A DNA stretch of 63,705 bases, filler included, from Fonticula-like sp. SCN 57-25 (GCA_001724245.1; 3 parts of 3 records of this genome joined end to end with filler, not necessarily neighbours in it); one strand, 5' to 3'; counted from the whole stretch's first letter, positions 23,990 through 36,581 are shown. Notes: a model not told the origin generated them from the letters alone. Translations and numbers: made by a program.

Positions 23990-25420
23990 TCGTTAGTAAG
24001 CAGGACGGCGCTGCCATCTTGCGAGGCGAGAGCGCGCATAACGAACATATGCTTGCTGATATGTCGGCCTGGCATAAAGCCTACTTGGTCTGTCATCAAG
24101 CCGACTTGATCCGGATGAACAACGACCTTGAGGTAGCCCTGAAGGCGCCGGTTTACCAGGTGCGCGTATAGCTTCATGTCGCAGTCGAGCGGGCGTGAAG
24201 GGACGCCAGGACGCGATGTGCTTGGAATCGCGGTCGGCCTTACGAAAAGAACCACGGATTCCTTCATACCGCGAGGAAGATTGCCACAGCGTAGCGAGTG
24301 GCGGATGCCTTGAACAGCAACAGCCCCACTTGCGTCCACAACTTGCGATAAAACTGCCATGGAAGCCCGTCGGGGCCGGGAGCCGCGCCGAGGTCGGCTC
24401 GCGACAGCGCGTTATGTAGCTCGAGGAGAGTTAAGCGTTTCGCGAGCGCCTTCCTTGCTGCCTCGTCGAAATCGGGCCGATAACACTATGAGCAAGCTCG
24501 TGGTCAAATAGATCATCAACGGCGACCTCAGCCAATAGCTCCTTGAAAAGCCCCGTGAAACGCGCAACGGCGCCGCCTTGCTTTGCGGGGATTCGTACAA
24601 CTCCTGCGGGTACGTTGCCTTGCTCATGGGCGCACAACGGACACAAGTGCAGACGCATAGAGTGTACAAGCATCTTCATGCAGGCGCACGACGTGGAAAG
24701 CATAGACACGCGCTTCGGCCTACGTCGCCGTCCAAAGGTTCTTGGTCGATGCCGACGTACAGAACGCTGCCGTCGCGCGCGCCAGCTCCGGCTTCGCCGA
24801 AGCAAGCGCATCGTAGCGAGCACGCGGTGCCTTGATGGCGGAAATTTCGAGTAATGGCGATCTCGCGCTTAAGCTTGGGCCAGCTCGACCAGGCGGCGCG
24901 TAGTCAACAAGAACGCAGTTGCACTCGAGCAAAATGCGTACGGCCGCGCATGCCTCCTCGTCGGCCAAGACAGACGGGTGCATACGCCATAAACGAGAGC
25001 TCTTGTGAGACGCCGTCAATTCCCCCTTTGGCGTCATCCGCCAAACACACGTTAAAATCGCCGTCAAGTACGACCCGTCCTCGAAGGTGCGGCCGCAGAT
25101 CTAGCGCTTCGCGTACATGCTGGTGCGGAAGACAAAAGGCGATCCGTTAGTGCCGCTCAGTCGGCTCGTAAGCCCTGGCGACGAGCATAGGCGGCAAAGA
25201 CGGCGCGGTGAACTCGGCCAGCCGCCAGCCGGTCGGCATGGAGCAGAATAATCGGCGTCAGCACCGACTCCGAAATTCGGCAAACAATAGCCACGCCGCA
25301 TGACAAATTAGCCGAGAGACGATTCGGGGCACGCACAGACAAGTGTGACAGGCGGCATCCGTTCGCGGCAGCCGGCCGCAATCTGACCTCTTGATGAACG
25401 CCAGAAAGAGGGGGCTGCAG
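23990..25420 (-). mobile_element. Degenerate L1/Tx1-clade non-LTR retrotransposon ORF2 fragment
   Basis: Motifs appear in the expected order across frames: endonuclease CGVAI and GDFNV, WRMHPSVL, APGPDGLPWQFYRKLW, DCDMKLYAHLVNRRL..HPDQVG..FMPGRHI. Frameshifts and deletions are present, and the RT is truncated. Ends are approximate. Confidence 0.88.
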
Positions 25421-25687
25421 CCAAACATTAAAACCGTGGCGCGACAAACAAAAAACTAAACGTACATTTAATGAATTAAACGAAACTGAAGCCTCATGAG
25501 CGCGCGGCTCATCTTCAACGCGGCCCGACCCCACAACAGGGGATACAAGAAACTTGCACGCCGATAGCATGATATCCATACGGTACGAGTCATATGCAGG
25601 GGTGGATTTGAGGGCTGACGTATCATGACATAGGAATCGTCTCCCACTAAGGGTTTGATTTGAATATGGCACGTCATGTCACACTAT

Positions 25688-25787
25688 NNNNNNNNNNNNN
25701 NNNNNNNNNNNNNNNNNNNNNNNNNNNNNNNTTAATTAATTAANNNNNNNNNNNNNNNNNNNNNNNNNNNNNNNNNNNNNNNNNNNN
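25688..25787. other. Artificial contig linker N44-TTAATTAATTAA-N44
   Basis: Exactly 100 nt with a six-frame stop cassette; identical to 51289-51388. Confidence 0.97.
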
Positions 25788-26104
25788 CAAGCGATCAGAA
25801 AAATCAGACATGGAAAATTTTAAATCATGTAAATCAGAACATGTATTGATGCGAAAATCTGGATTGGAAGTGGAGTCTACCCTTAACGGGTATTTTTAGA
25901 CGATCCAATCGAACGGTCGAGCTGGGAGCGAAGGCAGGAGATCGAAGTGCCGCTGACGAGTCAGCTGTGACAGCGCTGTGGATCGCGGAAAGTATAAATA
26001 ACATACATCGAATGATAAAGTGGTAGCAAAATATAGGTATGTATTGAGTCTATGTGAATATTATGGATATAGCCCTTTAATGAATATTGAACAAAATGGC
26101 CGCC

Positions 26105-27515
26105 TCAATTTGATTTGACGTTGGGCCGGCGACCGAGCGTGAGGCAGAAAATTCCCAAAAACTCGCAAATTTGGTTGATGACGGACGTGACCAGAACGCC
26201 ATAGTAGCAGACGGACAACCCCAAAGTAAAGTACAAGAACGACAGCTCGGCGCTCGCCGAAATCCCAGGCAGACTAAAGGGTGTTATTACCGCAGGGAAA
26301 GCGCGCGCCTCAAACGTACCCGACATAGGGCGCCGAGACGGCAGCTGCGATAAAGATTAGCATGGCAAAGCCCGGCTGCCACATGGGGTACGGCGCGTGC
26401 GTCAGGTGGTTCACGATGACGCGTGCCTAGCGATCACTGTGAGAGAGCGAAAGGCGGCGAGGCGGCGCGTACGACTGCCATGCAAAACTCGGCGCCGACG
26501 ATGCCTGTGAACGCGACCATGTGGTTCTCGAGGATGCCCGCGCCGCTCAGGGTAACCCAGATGCACGACGTGGTGATGATGATGACGATCGGCGCGAGGC
26601 GGCCAAAGGACGTGATGAGGCCGTCCTTGGTGGACCGCGCGAACCCGATCATGTTGACAATGCTGGACAGCATCATAAAGACAGAAATGGAAAAGAAAAT
26701 GACCGAGCTGACCTGGTTGATTGGCCAGGTGCCGACGGCGCCATACCCGTCGCCAATGATGGTGCTCATCGGCAAGAACCACGCGTCGCGGCCAATGAAG
26801 CCCGTGAGCATATATACGAGGCAAATGGCCAGTGTGCCCTCCACGGGGCCGTTAATGTAGCCAAGATATAGCGTGCCGGTGTGGTAGTTTTCCCACGTCG
26901 ACACGTAAAAGTACGCGATGGCTAGGGAGCGCTGCGTGAGTAGGGCGGCAAGTGCGACGGGCCGACCGTACCGACAAAGAGGAACAGGAGGTGGCCCCAG
27001 CTGTTCTGGACGCCAACGGTGTGCGACGTCACTATTGTGCCGAGCTGGCATGTCATTGGGTCAGGCGACATCAAGAACTAAAGCGGCAATGCGTACGACA
27101 GTGTTGAGCGCGTCGCAGCCGTGATCAAACAGCTCGCCGAGCGGGCTGGACGAGTTGGTCCTGCGCGCCTGCTTGCCATCAATGGCGTCAAAGGACGTGT
27201 AGGCAAAGAGGCCGAGCGCGAAAGAATAGTACACCCACGTCGGGCACGACTCGTCGAGCGTCGGCGAAAAGTAGAGCAGCGTCGCCACGTTCGTGGCAAC
27301 AAAGGAAAGGCCCAGGAGCGTGATCAGATTAGGACTGGAAAGAGGATTAGGCAAACACACGCATGCAAAGAGGCGTACGCCATCCAAAGAGGGAACAGGA
27401 GCACAAGGCGCGTCCAGTACGGCTGAAGAACATACTTGGAGATCAGGGACTTGTCGACGCTGCTGTACTTGTACGAGTTAAGCCCAGTCAAACGGCCGCG
27501 CTCGATAAACTCCAT
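26105..27515 (-). CDS. CEPT1: Choline/ethanolamine phosphotransferase (CDP-alcohol phosphatidyltransferase)
   Basis: [43 protein letters not shown] and [13 protein letters not shown] motifs; 4 introns. Confidence 0.93.
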
Positions 27516-27694
27516 CTCGCCGTTCGTTCACTAGAGGTATGAAACAAGTTTAAAGTGGTACACGCCGCGCGATTCGCGTCTGCGATCTAGTGGTTAACGG
27601 CAGCCGATCGTTGGATCTTGGATCCGCTGCCGGTTGACGCGCGCGAGGTGGTCTAAAAAGATTGCAGTTTGCATTGTTCCACGTGGCCATCATC

Positions 27695-28929
27695 ATGGAG
27701 GGGCGCGTGGTGCCGTCCGAGATCAAGAACAAGATCAAGCGGTCTATTGTGTACCGCGAGCAAAAGGCAGACAAGAAAAAGATCAAGCGCGAGGAGAGGA
27801 AGAAGCGTCAGCGCGAGACTGAGGAAGCCGGCGAGGATGCGGTACGCCTATCGCGCACATCGTGTTTGACTATTTGCTCACCGTGGCGCACCGCACGCAC
27901 AGCCGCCCAAGAAGGAGACCCGCACTATTGAGAGCGTGCGCGAGTTTGACGAAACCATTGTGAGGCCGGACGACCAAGAGGTGCGTACTTTGCCCATGTT
28001 TTAGTTTAAAGGGCCCTTTCTGACACGGGCTCGGCTGCGTAGGTGCTGCAAGATGAGGCGACCGATGAGCTTGCCAAGAACTACGCGCACACTGGTATCC
28101 CCAAGATTCTCATCACGACGAGCCCCAAGCCTGTTGGCGTACGCTCTAGCGTGAGTGTACTATAGTATTCTAACCGTGTATGCTTTCCAGGAGACGTTCC
28201 AGTTTTGCAACTACCTCCTCTCCATTCTCCCCAACTCTCAGTTCAATGCCCGCGGCAAGTACGACATCAAGGACATTGTGCAGTTTTGCAAGAACCGCGA
28301 TTTCAGCGCCATCCTTGTTGTGCACGAGGAGAAGAAGGTCCCCGGTACGTCTCCTCAGGTAGGTTGCGCGGTGTGTTCCTGATGCCATGTGTAGATTCCC
28401 TCACGGTGATCCACCTTCCTGATGGGCCGACGGCCTTTTTCAAACTGACGAGCATTCGCGGCCCCAAGGAGATCGCTGTACGCCTCGTCGGCTCTTTTTA
28501 CTGTGCGTTGCTTACATGTCTGTTGCGCTGCAGGGCCATGCCAAGGCGAGCGACCACAACCCCGAGCTCATCATCAATAACTTTAACACGCGCCTCGGCC
28601 ACACGGTAGGGCGGCTCCTCGGCAACCTCTTCCCGCACCAGCCGCAGTTCACGGGGCGTCAGGTGGTCACGTGGCACAACCAGCGCGACTATATCTTTTT
28701 CCGCCGCCACCGGTATGTGTTCAAGCAGGACGGGAAGCGCGCCGGCCTCCAGGAGATCGGGCCCCAGTTCTGCCTCAAGCTCCAGTGGCTCCAAAAGGGA
28801 ACATTTGATACACAGTTTGGCGACTATGAATGGCACCACAAGGTACGCACGCCATATCTTTTGCTTCCTGTTGCTTACATGTGGGCGCAGCCCGAGATGG
28901 ACACGAGCAGGCGGCGCTTCTTTTTGTGA
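27695..28929 (+). CDS. RPF1: Brix-domain ribosome production factor 1
   Basis: [61 protein letters not shown] and [10 protein letters not shown]; 6 introns. Confidence 0.95.
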
Positions 28930-29228
28930 GCATCATGTTATTTTGGTCATTTTGTTGTGAATATATAATATGGATCGTGCATCAATAGTTGGCGCAATAC
29001 ACGCATTAGACGTACACACGGATGCCCGGCGGCCTGCAATATAATATTATAGCTCTTTCCATCGACCACCGATATACTAGTTAACAACTTGTATCATTTG
29101 GCAAAGTGGCCAATCGCCCCCTGACGACCAACCGCGGGAAACGATACCGGCTAGCGGGGTCGGCTGTGCAGGACCCGATAACTGACCTGCCGGGGGTCCG
29201 GGGAGGTAGGCAGGCCGGTGCAGAGGTC

Positions 29229-31274
29229 ATGGCTCCGTGGGTAAAAGCGGCGGCTGCGATTGTCTGCTGGTACTCGTCGAGCTATCTGCACAGCTTGGAA
29301 TTGTTTTCTGCGCTCTCGCTGCATGCCAATGTACCCCTCCTGCTTGCAGGAAGCTGCGCGGTGCAGCTTGTAGTGAGTGCGCTTGCGACATCGGCGACGC
29401 TTCCCTTCCGCCCTGGCGAGCCCGGCACGCTTTGGCAAGCGCGGACGTGGTGCCTCGGATCGCTGCGCTTCTTTGTCGCCATGGGCATGACGGCGGCATG
29501 CGCGGGCATCCCGATGGCCCTCGCCCAGTCGACACGAGCAGTGGAGGCGCCGATCGCCATGCTGATCGCGGCCATTCTGCGGCGAGAGGTGACGCTGCCA
29601 TGGGATGCGGCGGCGCCGGTGCTGTCGGCGCTGGGCGTCGCTGTGATCGTGTGGCGCTCTTTCAGCGCGGCTGTTGCCCTTGGCCTCATGTCGAGCGTGT
29701 GCGCCGCGCTACTTCGCCTGTTAACGTCGGGGCAGAATTTATTGGATGCTCGTCCGCCAGAGGTGCGCGTGGAAATCGCCGCAGCTGCTCTTGGAGCCCT
29801 CGTGCTCCCGCTCGTTGCGCTGCTTTCGCCACTTCCCGGCACGCTGGACGTATCGTTTTACGCTTTTGCTTCTGCCTCGGCTGCCGCCGGCGTGCTGTCC
29901 TTTGTCTCCGCCGAGTCATCGCTTTGGGTGGACACGAGCCTTGCTGCTGCTACGCGGGCGTTTGAGCGGCCACTTCTCGTGACTGTCGCGGCAACCGTCG
30001 GCGGGTGGACGCGGCAGCTCGCCGTCGGCTCTGCTTTGCTGTTTGCCGGCGCGGCATCCCTGGTAGTGGCGCTGACCGGCAAAGCGATGAGGATGTGGGG
30101 TATAGACACGCCGCGCGGTCTGAGTGTTGCCGCTGTTGCCGTCGCGCTTCTCTGCGTCGCTGCGCTCATGGCGATCCAGCCGGCGGGGTCGGCGGACCCA
30201 ATGTCGTTCTCTACAGTTGATCGACTGTCGCTGGCGTGCATCGGCCGCGACAAGATATTCCTTGCCGTGTGTTCTGGTATGTTTTCGCGTGCGGCATTGG
30301 ACGCAAACATGACGCTGCGCGTGGCGACCGTCAAAGACCATGTCGGCAACGACGAATTTGACTTGGTGGCTGTGGAAGGGCGGTCGCTTTCAGATATTCG
30401 CGCTGTATTGTTAGCACGCTCGGCTCGCCCCGACACGGTTTTCCTCTTTGGTGGCGGCATTGTGAGCGACGACATTGAGTGGGCCTCGCCCGACCACGGC
30501 GCCGAGCTTCGCCGCCTCGTCGCGTCGGGCAATGTGTCGCACGCAATGCTTGACGCGGTCGCGCTGCACGGCGGCGTGCGAGGACCGCTCTCGGCGTCTG
30601 CCACGGGCGTCGCGGCGGTGCTCGGCGACCCGCGCGTCCTCGCCGCCGACTATGTAAACGCGACGCGCGACGCGATCGATTCTATCCGCGGCAACGGCGC
30701 GCGACTCCCCATTGCCGTCGTGCTGCCGCGGTGGTCGCAGGAGGCCGCGCGTTCCGACACTGAGCGCTCGATCGATGCAGAGCTGAATGTGCTTGAGGCC
30801 GTGACTGTGGCCATAGCGATGCGAAAGTTTCCCGTTGTCGTCGTGCAGCCGTCAGCAAACAAGAGCGATGTTGAGACCGCGCGTGCCATGGTCGAGCGGG
30901 CCGCGTTCCAGCTCGAGCCAGAGCAAGAAAAGCTTGTTCACGGCCTTTTTGGACCGACGCTCGGCGACCTGCTCGGCGTCATCAGGGGCGTCGGCGCGGT
31001 CGTGTCGCTCGACGAGGCCGCCGCGCTGCTCGCGAGCGCAGAAAGGAAGCCATTCGTTTCGTACACGCGCGAGCTCGCGCACTTTGATTGGGCAATGGCG
31101 GCAAACGTGACGGTCGCGGTGCGGCACGTCGATAGCCTCACGCTGACGACGGCGATGGATGCCGTCAAGCAGGCGCAGCCCAAGGATACGAGGGAGGGTG
31201 CCGCCAGGGGTTTCGCGGCGGCTGCGGCAGCTTTCTTGGCGGCAGCGAGACGCGGGCGTCATGCCGGGGACTAA
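29229..31274 (+). CDS. Fusion of a TPT/SLC35-like DMT transporter with a polysaccharide pyruvyltransferase-like domain; intronless
   Basis: About 10-11 TM segments with IVCWYSSS, AQSTRAVEAP and RAFERPLLV. The C-terminal domain has FLFGGG, GGVRGPLS, VLGDPRVLA and KPFVSY. Confidence 0.65.
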   Translation: MAPWVKAAAAIVCWYSSSYLHSLELFSALSLHANVPLLLAGSCAVQLVVSALATSATLPFRPGEPGTLWQARTWCLGSLRFFVAMGMTAACAGIPMALAQSTRAVEAPIAMLIAAILRREVTLPWDAAAPVLSALGVAVIVWRSFSAAVALGLMSSVCAALLRLLTSGQNLLDARPPEVRVEIAAAALGALVLPLVALLSPLPGTLDVSFYAFASASAAAGVLSFVSAESSLWVDTSLAAATRAFERPLLVTVAATVGGWTRQLAVGSALLFAGAASLVVALTGKAMRMWGIDTPRGLSVAAVAVALLCVAALMAIQPAGSADPMSFSTVDRLSLACIGRDKIFLAVCSGMFSRAALDANMTLRVATVKDHVGNDEFDLVAVEGRSLSDIRAVLLARSARPDTVFLFGGGIVSDDIEWASPDHGAELRRLVASGNVSHAMLDAVALHGGVRGPLSASATGVAAVLGDPRVLAADYVNATRDAIDSIRGNGARLPIAVVLPRWSQEAARSDTERSIDAELNVLEAVTVAIAMRKFPVVVVQPSANKSDVETARAMVERAAFQLEPEQEKLVHGLFGPTLGDLLGVIRGVGAVVSLDEAAALLASAERKPFVSYTRELAHFDWAMAANVTVAVRHVDSLTLTTAMDAVKQAQPKDTREGAARGFAAAAAAFLAAARRGRHAGD

Positions 31275-31836
31275 AATCGTCGCTAGACACATGGATAGTT
31301 ATGCCTTTTTTTGTGCTTTGTGTGCTGTTTTCTGTGATTTCTTATCAGTGTACAATAGTTGACCGTGTACAATATTTACCCACAATGCAGCTGGCAATGC
31401 AGCCTCGTGTACAGTCTTGTCCCAATAATATACTCTCTTAATGCAGTCTTGTATACGCTCGTTTGCGGATGCTTCTGTGGCCTTTTGTCTCCCTGGTCTC
31501 AACCTCAGAAACGCGTGGCCGCGTCCAGTCCCATGCGGTCAATCGGGCGGACCGTCAATATGTCAGGATGTCAATTGAGGTGCGATAACGCATGCGATTT
31601 GCCACGTCGGCGCGATCCTATTGGCCAGACGCCGCTCCTTTTATGGAAGGTGCCATGACAAACCGTCACTTTGAGCCTCTTTTCCTTTCATTGGTGGCGT
31701 GGGCGTCGGTCTGCGTTGGCTTCCACGGCGGGCATCTGTCGCGTTCGGATCTACTTGGATCTCGGCTGCGCGCGTCCTCCTAGTTAACGGAATCGCTTGT
31801 CCGCATCGTTCCGCGTTTGTGGTTGCTTTCTGAGAA

Positions 31837-33088
31837 ATGGCTGGCGGTGGCGAGGCTACCGGATCGTCGATGCAGGACTATGTCCGGTCGCTTCCGTACG
31901 TCGTGATCTGGATCTTCTTCTCGTCGTCGACCATTTTGTTCAACAAGTGGGTGCTCGCGAGCACCGAGTTCACCTTCCCGATCGCGCTCTCGTGCTGGCA
32001 CATGCTCTTTGCGTCCGTGCTCACGCACGGCCTCGCGCGCACGACGACCGTGATCACACCGCCCGAGATTAACCGCGAGTTTTACATGTACCGCGTGCTG
32101 CCCATCGCGCTCGCCTTTGGCGTGTCGCTCATCACGGCCAACAGCGCCTACATGTACCTCTCCGTTGCGTTCATTCAGATGATCAAGGCGTGCACGCCGA
32201 TGGTCGTCCTCCTCCTGAGCTTTGGCGCCAAGCTCGAGCAGCCGTCGCTCGCTCTCGTCGGCTTTATCGCCGTCGTCTGCACGGGCGTCATCATCGCCTC
32301 GGCCGGCGAGGTGCTCTTCAACATGACCGGTTTCATCCTCCAGGTGGTCGCCGTCGTCGTCGAGGCGTCGCGCCTCGTCATGATCCAGATCCTCGTCTCG
32401 GGATCCGTCAAGGTCGACGCCCTCGGCTCGCTCTACCTCTACGCGCCGGTACGCAGCGGCTGCAAAAGTAGCTGTGGAAGGGAAATTGTTGGGGAAGAGT
32501 TAAAAACATGGAATTTGAGAATATTTGCTGTTATTTTGTGTTCTTTTAATTTTTTTTGGTACCGCCTTATTTTGGTCGTTGGATTGTTGTTTTTCGAAAC
32601 ATTTTCATGTTTTTCGCGAACTTTTTGGTGTCCTTTTCGATGTTTAAACGATTTTTGACGTTGCCCGTTGCTAATTCTCTTTTTTCCAGGCCGCCTTTGT
32701 TGTGACCTTTGTTGCGTTCCTCTTCTTTGAGCTCCCGTACATTTCCGGCGCCGCCTTTGCGTCGGTTGGCCTCCCGCTGTTCCTCATGAATGCAGGCACG
32801 GCGTTCTGCCTCAACCTCGCCTCTGTGACGCTCGTCAAGAACACGTCGTCGCTCGTGCTGACGCTCAGCGGCGTCGTCAAGGACATCATCCTCGTGGTGC
32901 TCTCTGTGATGCTGCACGGCGCGCTCGTCTCATCCCTGCAGTGGGTCGGCTTTTCGATCTCCACGGTCGGCATCTTCCTCTTCAACATGTACAAGAAGCA
33001 CCGCAACGAGCTCAACGCCGCCATCGCGTTCGTCCTGGCCAAGCTCTCCTTTGGCCGCGCGCGCGAGCAGAACCAGTCGATCGCCTAA
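31837..33088 (+). CDS. TPT-family nucleotide-sugar / sugar-phosphate transporter (SLC35)
   Basis: WIFFSSSTILFNKWVL, FTFPIAL, NSAYMYLSVAFIQMIKA and TSSLVLTLSGVVKDI. One intron at about 32448-32689. Confidence 0.92.
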
Positions 33089-33531
33089 TCAGCGGTTGGT
33101 ACAACATTCGCGCATTAAAAAAGTCTTTCGTTCTTCTTTTTGTTTTGCGTTGCACAAAGTTGTTGTGGGAACAAGGACAGCGTTGGTATTTACTTTGCCC
33201 TGTCTGTGCGTTGGAACCCGTTTTTTCTGTTTTGTATTTGCATTTCTCTTCAATCCATCATGCTCTATCGTATACTGTCTGTGTGTGTTGGGCGGTGCAA
33301 CTCGCCCGCCGTAAAATATGTTCCTGTTGCTGCAGAAATGCTATGCTCCACCACTATAACCTATATTCGATAGATAATAGTCACAATAAAATGGTAAATA
33401 TGATATACACGCCGTGGTAAAATGCCGTGCCAAAACGATATGTGTGCCAATATGAGCATCATGCCAATATGATATGTGCGCCAAAATAAGCGCCATGCCA
33501 ATATAAAAATGTGCCAGAAAATTCCGCAAAA

Positions 33532-35157
33532 TTACGTCTTCTTGATCGGCTCTCTTCTTCTAAACACGACCCTCGTCCCGCCCAGGACGTGCTCGTCCGC
33601 CTTGACGAACCCGAGCGACTCGTAAAAGACCTGCGGAATCGGCTTGTCGGTCGTGTCCTCGAGGTAGCACGGCAGCCCGCGCTCGTCGGCAATGCGCAGC
33701 ATCGGCTCAACGAGCGCGCGCGCATAACCGGGCACTACCGACGCTAGAATATTCAAGTGAAGATACTGAGGCGCGTCGCCCATAATGCTAAAGCAAGTGT
33801 CAGTAGGGCGGAAATTGGCGGGAAACAGTTAGGGAAAATAAGATAAAGATACTATTTACGAATATAACAAGAAATTTCGCGTACCGCTTCTCCATTTCGT
33901 CAAAAACGCCCCCCAAAAGCGCCGCTCCATTTTTCGTCTTCTTCTCATCAAACAACAACTTTTGCGAGCTGGTCGCCCACGCGGCCACCGCCTTGAACCC
34001 ATCAATCTCACAGATATACCCCCACGTGGCCACCTGCCTGATGAGCGAGTCGCACAGTCTCACAATATACTCGATGCGGTCGCTTGGACGGTCCGAGCCG
34101 GCGCACCACTGCATGATTGGCTCGCCGATAAACGCCGCCATCACAACATCCACGACGCGCTGCAGCTCGTCGAGCGGGACGGCGCGCACGACCGAAGTGG
34201 CGCCCTTTCGGTCCACGGTCCACGTGGTGCCGGTGAAGTCGCCGAGGAAGGTGGGCTGAGCGGGGGGCGACCAGGGGATCGCGTGCCATAGGGAGCACCG
34301 GATGGAAGGCCGCTCGCGGCGCATGCCGAGGACGGGGAAGCCGCCGGGGGACGCGCTGGAAAGGGCGCAAAAGCCGAGCGACTCGTAAAAGGCGCGGACG
34401 CCGGCATTGCCTGGCAAAAGTTGGTTAAAATGGTCAGACGAACATCAGAAGAAAAAAGACGAGAATAGTCCAAAGCGTGCTCATTAAATGACCAAGCAAC
34501 ACATACAACAAATGACAAATTCAGACACGCTATTCAATGAACATTCGTGCAAAACAAGGTGCAGAACACAATAGTACAGGTGCCATTGCCCACATGGTGC
34601 GCACCTGTGACGTCATCGAGGTAGCAGGGAAGGTCGAGCTCGTCTGCGATCTGCAGGATCGGCTGCAGGACGGCGCGCGCGTACCCCTGCCGCCGCACGC
34701 AGCTCACGAGTGAGACGAGATAAAAGTACACCGGGGCGTCGTCCATCACGCGCTTCTCGAGCGCCACGTGCTCATCGCGCGCAATAATGGCGTTCGGTGT
34801 CGTCGGCGTCGGGTACGATAGCGGCATATCGCTCCGCATCCACGCGCACACCGCCTTGTAGTCGTCGGCCTCGAGGACGTAACCCCACGTGCCCGGCTGC
34901 CGCCCGAACGAGTCGCCGTAAAGCAGCGTCTGGAAGGCGATGCGGCGATCGTCATCGGGATCGCTCCACACCGCCGCCGGCGTCGATCCCATCGCATCTA
35001 CAATGATATCGACGGCGCGGCCCATCTCGGCGGGCGGGACGGCGCGCACGACACAATTCTGTCCCTTGCGTTCAACGTCCCATTGGCGCCCGCTCAGATC
35101 GGGAAGGCCCGCGGGTGGTGGAGGAAACTCCCACGGCAGCTGCGCCCATGCCGCCAT
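33532..35157 (-). CDS. Tandem double GNAT N-acetyltransferase
   Basis: Two homologous domains: VVRAVP..KAVCAW..YARAVLQP..LPCYLD..FYESLGF and VVRAVP..KAVAAW..YARALVEP..LPCYLE..FYESLGF; 2 introns. Confidence 0.85.
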
Positions 35158-35282
35158 GATTGTCAGCAAATGAAATGGTCACGTGGCCCAAGATGGAAGC
35201 GGCGGTCAAATGATACCCTTGTGTCTATCAAAAATTACTCTCATGCAGCTCATAATATGCATTCTATAATAAATATGTACAA

Positions 35283-36399
35283 TTAGGCCAAGTACTTGAA
35301 CACACGGCTCTTGATGAGGATGTTTCCCCTTTCCGCCGCGTGCATCAGCAGCCGCCTGATCTCTGCGGCATCGTCCACCAGATCCCGCGCTATCAACGTG
35401 AGCGCATGTACGCCGTCGCTGTTTGCCGCAAAATGGCGCATGTCGTCGTCGGCGCGCACGCTCTCAACGTGCCGCGCCGCCTCGGCGGGGTCGGCCAGCG
35501 AGGACACGGCGGCGAGGCAGTGGCCGAGCGCATTGATCTCGGCCGACGCGACGCGCGCCGGGGCAAACGGCGTGGCGGCACCGGCAGAGGCAAACGAAGT
35601 AATACTATTTTACATAAATTGAGTCACTGTCGAGAGAGCGCATGAAACAGGCACACACAAACTTACATTGCCAATAGGTACATGCACACACATTCATTCC
35701 AACCATATTACGCACGTTGAATTGAGCCAGCGGATCCATTGGACGTAGAGCGCCGAGACGACGTCATCTTGTTCAAGCTCGCTTACCATATCAGAAATGT
35801 CCCACTCGACGCGACGCTCGTGCGGCACCTCATCGGGATCGCTCACAAGGGCCTGGTACAGCGCGTCCTGCGCGAGGCACGCGGCCCTCAGTCGCGCGGC
35901 AGCCGACGGGCGCATCGCGGGCAGGTCTGCGCTACGCGTCAGCAAGACCAAAGAGAGGCAAAAAGTGACAAGGAAACGCACCCATTTCGTCATCCGGCTC
36001 GGACTCGAACGAGGCGAGCGCCTTTGCGGCATCGCGGCAAGCGTCGAGGTCGAGATCGAGATATGCGGCGTCCAGGAGGGCCGTGAGCTGCGGCGCGCTC
36101 GGGCCGAGCACGTCACCCCAGAGCAGAGCAGCCTCTTTGGCGTCCGTCGTGCGGCGCAGCGCAACAAGCGCGGTGAACAGGAGATGAAGCGTGTCCGCCT
36201 CAACTTCGGCGCTCAGCATCGCCTGGATAAAAGGGAATCAGAAACGACAGGACGGGCAACGCGCGCGGCGTACGAGCTGAAGCTTGTTGACAGCGACCTC
36301 GTAGGAGCCCTGAAACACAAGCTCGGACGCCTCGCACACAAGATCGTCCACATCAGCGGCGGCCGGGAGCACAACCGCTCCATCATCGACCGACGGCAT
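35283..36399 (-). CDS. Uncharacterised alpha-helical protein
   Basis: GC-rich coding-like exons are joined by 3 introns with canonical donors and branch points. No family recognised. Confidence 0.6.
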
Positions 36400-36581
36400 G
36401 TCTACAATGCAAACTGCAAACTGATCGATGTGACAGAGGGATTTTGCAGGGATTTTGTGTAATATATTGGTACTTAATTGATATTCATTCTGTTACAAAG
36501 GTATATAAACTCGAGTGATTTGTGTAGCTAACATGACTGTAAATTAACTGCGCGAACCGCACATCGCTATTGATATGTCCC

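Noticed and set aside
25688-25787. Palindromic TTAATTAATTAA inside N runs (also 51289-51388)
   Set aside because: Identical 100-nt six-frame-stop cassettes are an assembly concatenation artefact. Adjacency across them is meaningless.
26105-26460. Possible selenocysteine in the EPT/CEPT gene (vertebrate SELENOI is a selenoprotein)
   Set aside because: The TGA near 26434 lies inside an intron, and the spliced frame has no internal TGA.
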